DNA of 64,000 nucleotides from contig CAWANH010000028.1 in NCBI GenBank assembly GCA_963783375.1, positions 736,001 through 800,000 of the forward strand, read 5' to 3'. The position numbers and the translations under genes are program-made. Below the pieces are notes generated by a model. It searched no databases and was not told the origin of the DNA. It saw only the letters and a program-made list of their open reading frames with translations. Position 1 is the first letter of the stretch. Each line of letters opens with the position of its first letter. This document shows, piece after piece, positions 62,686 to 64,000 of this stretch. Source of the DNA: Candidatus Eiseniibacteriota bacterium. GTDB taxonomy: Bacteria; Eisenbacteria; RBG-16-71-46; JABDJR01.

Positions 62686-63270
62686 ATGGCGGGAATGACG
62701 GAAGGCGGGGGCGGACGGCGCATCAACCGTCGGCGGATGGCGGCCTGGGGCGCGGCGGCGCTGCTGCTGCTCGTCCCCTGGCTCGCGATGCAGGTTACCG
62801 ATCAAGTCGACTGGAGCGTGGCCGATTTCGCCGTCTTCGGCGCCCTCCTGGTCGGCGCCGGCGCCGCCTATGAGCTGGCGGTGAGGAAAACAGGCGACAC
62901 CGCGTATCGAGCCGCCGTCGCCCTCGCCCTCGCCGCGGCGTTCATCCTCGTATGGGTCAACGGCGCCGTCGGGATCATCGGGGCGGAAGACGATCCCGCC
63001 AACCGGATGTACATCGGGGTGCTCGCCGTCGGCGTCGCCGGCGCCCTCCTCGCGCGCTTTCGACCCAGGGGAATGGCGCGCGCGCTGTCGGCGACGGCGC
63101 TCGCCCAGGCCCTGGCCGCCGGGATCGGGCTCATCGCCGGGTTGGGCCGCCCGGCGAGTGGACCGGCGGAAATCGTCGCCGCCAACGGCTTCTTCATCGT
63201 GCTCTTCATCGGATCGGCGTGGCTGTTCCGGCGCGCCGGGCGCAGGGGGGTCGAACGGGGAGCGTCGTGA
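62686..63270 (+). CDS. Hypothetical membrane protein
   Basis: GGAGG RBS; AMQVTDQVDWS..DF and WVNGAVGIIG motifs; about 6 TM helices. Confidence 0.8.
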   Translation: MAGMTEGGGGRRINRRRMAAWGAAALLLLVPWLAMQVTDQVDWSVADFAVFGALLVGAGAAYELAVRKTGDTAYRAAVALALAAAFILVWVNGAVGIIGAEDDPANRMYIGVLAVGVAGALLARFRPRGMARALSATALAQALAAGIGLIAGLGRPASGPAEIVAANGFFIVLFIGSAWLFRRAGRRGVERGAS

Positions 63271-63315
63271 CCGCCACGGAACGATTACGCACCGGCGGAC
63301 CGTGCTCCCCGGGTC

Positions 63316-64000
63316 TTACCCCTGTCCGTGATCCACCGACGCCACCTCCCGGCGGCGCGCGGTGCGCGACTTCCAGCGGACCCGCTCCTCGGCCAGCGTC
63401 CGCCGGAGCGCGAACCGCTTCAGGTCCCCCAGAGACAGGTACAGGCAGGGGATGAGAAAGAGCGAGAGCACCGAGCTGGCGGTGAGGCCGAACACCATCA
63501 CCACCGCCAGGGGTCCCCACACCTCGGAGTAGCCGCCCAACCCGATGGCCATGGGCAACAGCCCCACGATCGTGGTCACGCTGGTCAGCAGGATGGGGCG
63601 GACGCGGAGGTTTCCCGCCTTCAGCACCGCCCGCAACCGCGACGCCCCGCGCTCCCGGAGCGTGTTGACGAACGAGATCAGCACGATGGAGTTGTTCACC
63701 GCCACCCCGGCCAGGGCCACCAGGCCGAAGAGGTTGTTGACCGAGAACGGCGACCGGATGAGGAAGAGCCCCATCACCGCGCCCCAGAACGCGAAGATGA
63801 CCGCCATGAAGATGATGAGCGGCTGGGTGATGGAGTTGAACTGGGCGGCCATGATCACCAGCATGATGGCGATTCCCATCAGGAACAGGAGCCCCAGGTT
63901 GGTGAACGCCTCCTGGAACTCCTTGAACTCGCCGCCGAACTTGAGATCGTAGCCGGGATGGCGGAGGGCGATCGTCGGCCAGAACTCCATGAGCCGTTGG
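63316..64000 (-). CDS. RND efflux permease (AcrB family), C-terminal part; gene continues beyond the window
   Basis: AQFNS...P, GVAVNNSIVL, RVRPILLT..TT..GLLP, LFLIPCLY. Confidence 0.9.
   Translation of the reverse strand, partial: QRLMEFWPTIALRHPGYDLKFGGEFKEFQEAFTNLGLLFLMGIAIMLVIMAAQFNSITQPLIIFMAVIFAFWGAVMGLFLIRSPFSVNNLFGLVALAGVAVNNSIVLISFVNTLRERGASRLRAVLKAGNLRVRPILLTSVTTIVGLLPMAIGLGGYSEVWGPLAVVMVFGLTASSVLSLFLIPCLYLSLGDLKRFALRRTLAEERVRWKSRTARRREVASVDHGQG

Overview
A 64 kb window from a high-GC diderm bacterial chromosome, centred on the replication origin. The core block is parB-parA-[1 kb parS region]-rsmG-mnmG-mnmE-jag-yidC-yidD-rnpA-rpmH on the minus strand and dnaA-oriC-dnaN-dciA-gyrB-(2 inserted genes)-gyrA-rex on the plus strand. 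It has three parS sites, DnaA boxes and a DnaA-trio unwinding element. Both flanks carry housekeeping and accessory genes (transporters, hydrolases, nadE, mqnD, larA-like, queE, BlaI/BlaR1-like pair, RND pump). A C-terminal SWGxxK tail and the futalosine-pathway gene mqnD suggest a Ca. Eisenbacteria/Krumholzibacteriota-like lineage (inference). I found no rRNA, tRNA, CRISPR array, transposase or prophage. The most interesting unexplained signals are: (i) several candidate structured non-coding RNAs, including a compact three-way-junction RNA starting right at a strong sigma70 promoter (25450-25528); (ii) a sigma54/IHF/UAS-driven secreted protein ending in a C2H2-spaced Asp-Cys-His-His zinc finger; (iii) a dispersed 25-bp symmetric IHF-like motif; (iv) a lipoprotein gene broken by one in-frame amber codon; (v) a parAB-M23-bactofilin block with an off-origin DnaA-box pair. 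All annotations come from reading motifs by eye; no database searches were run.
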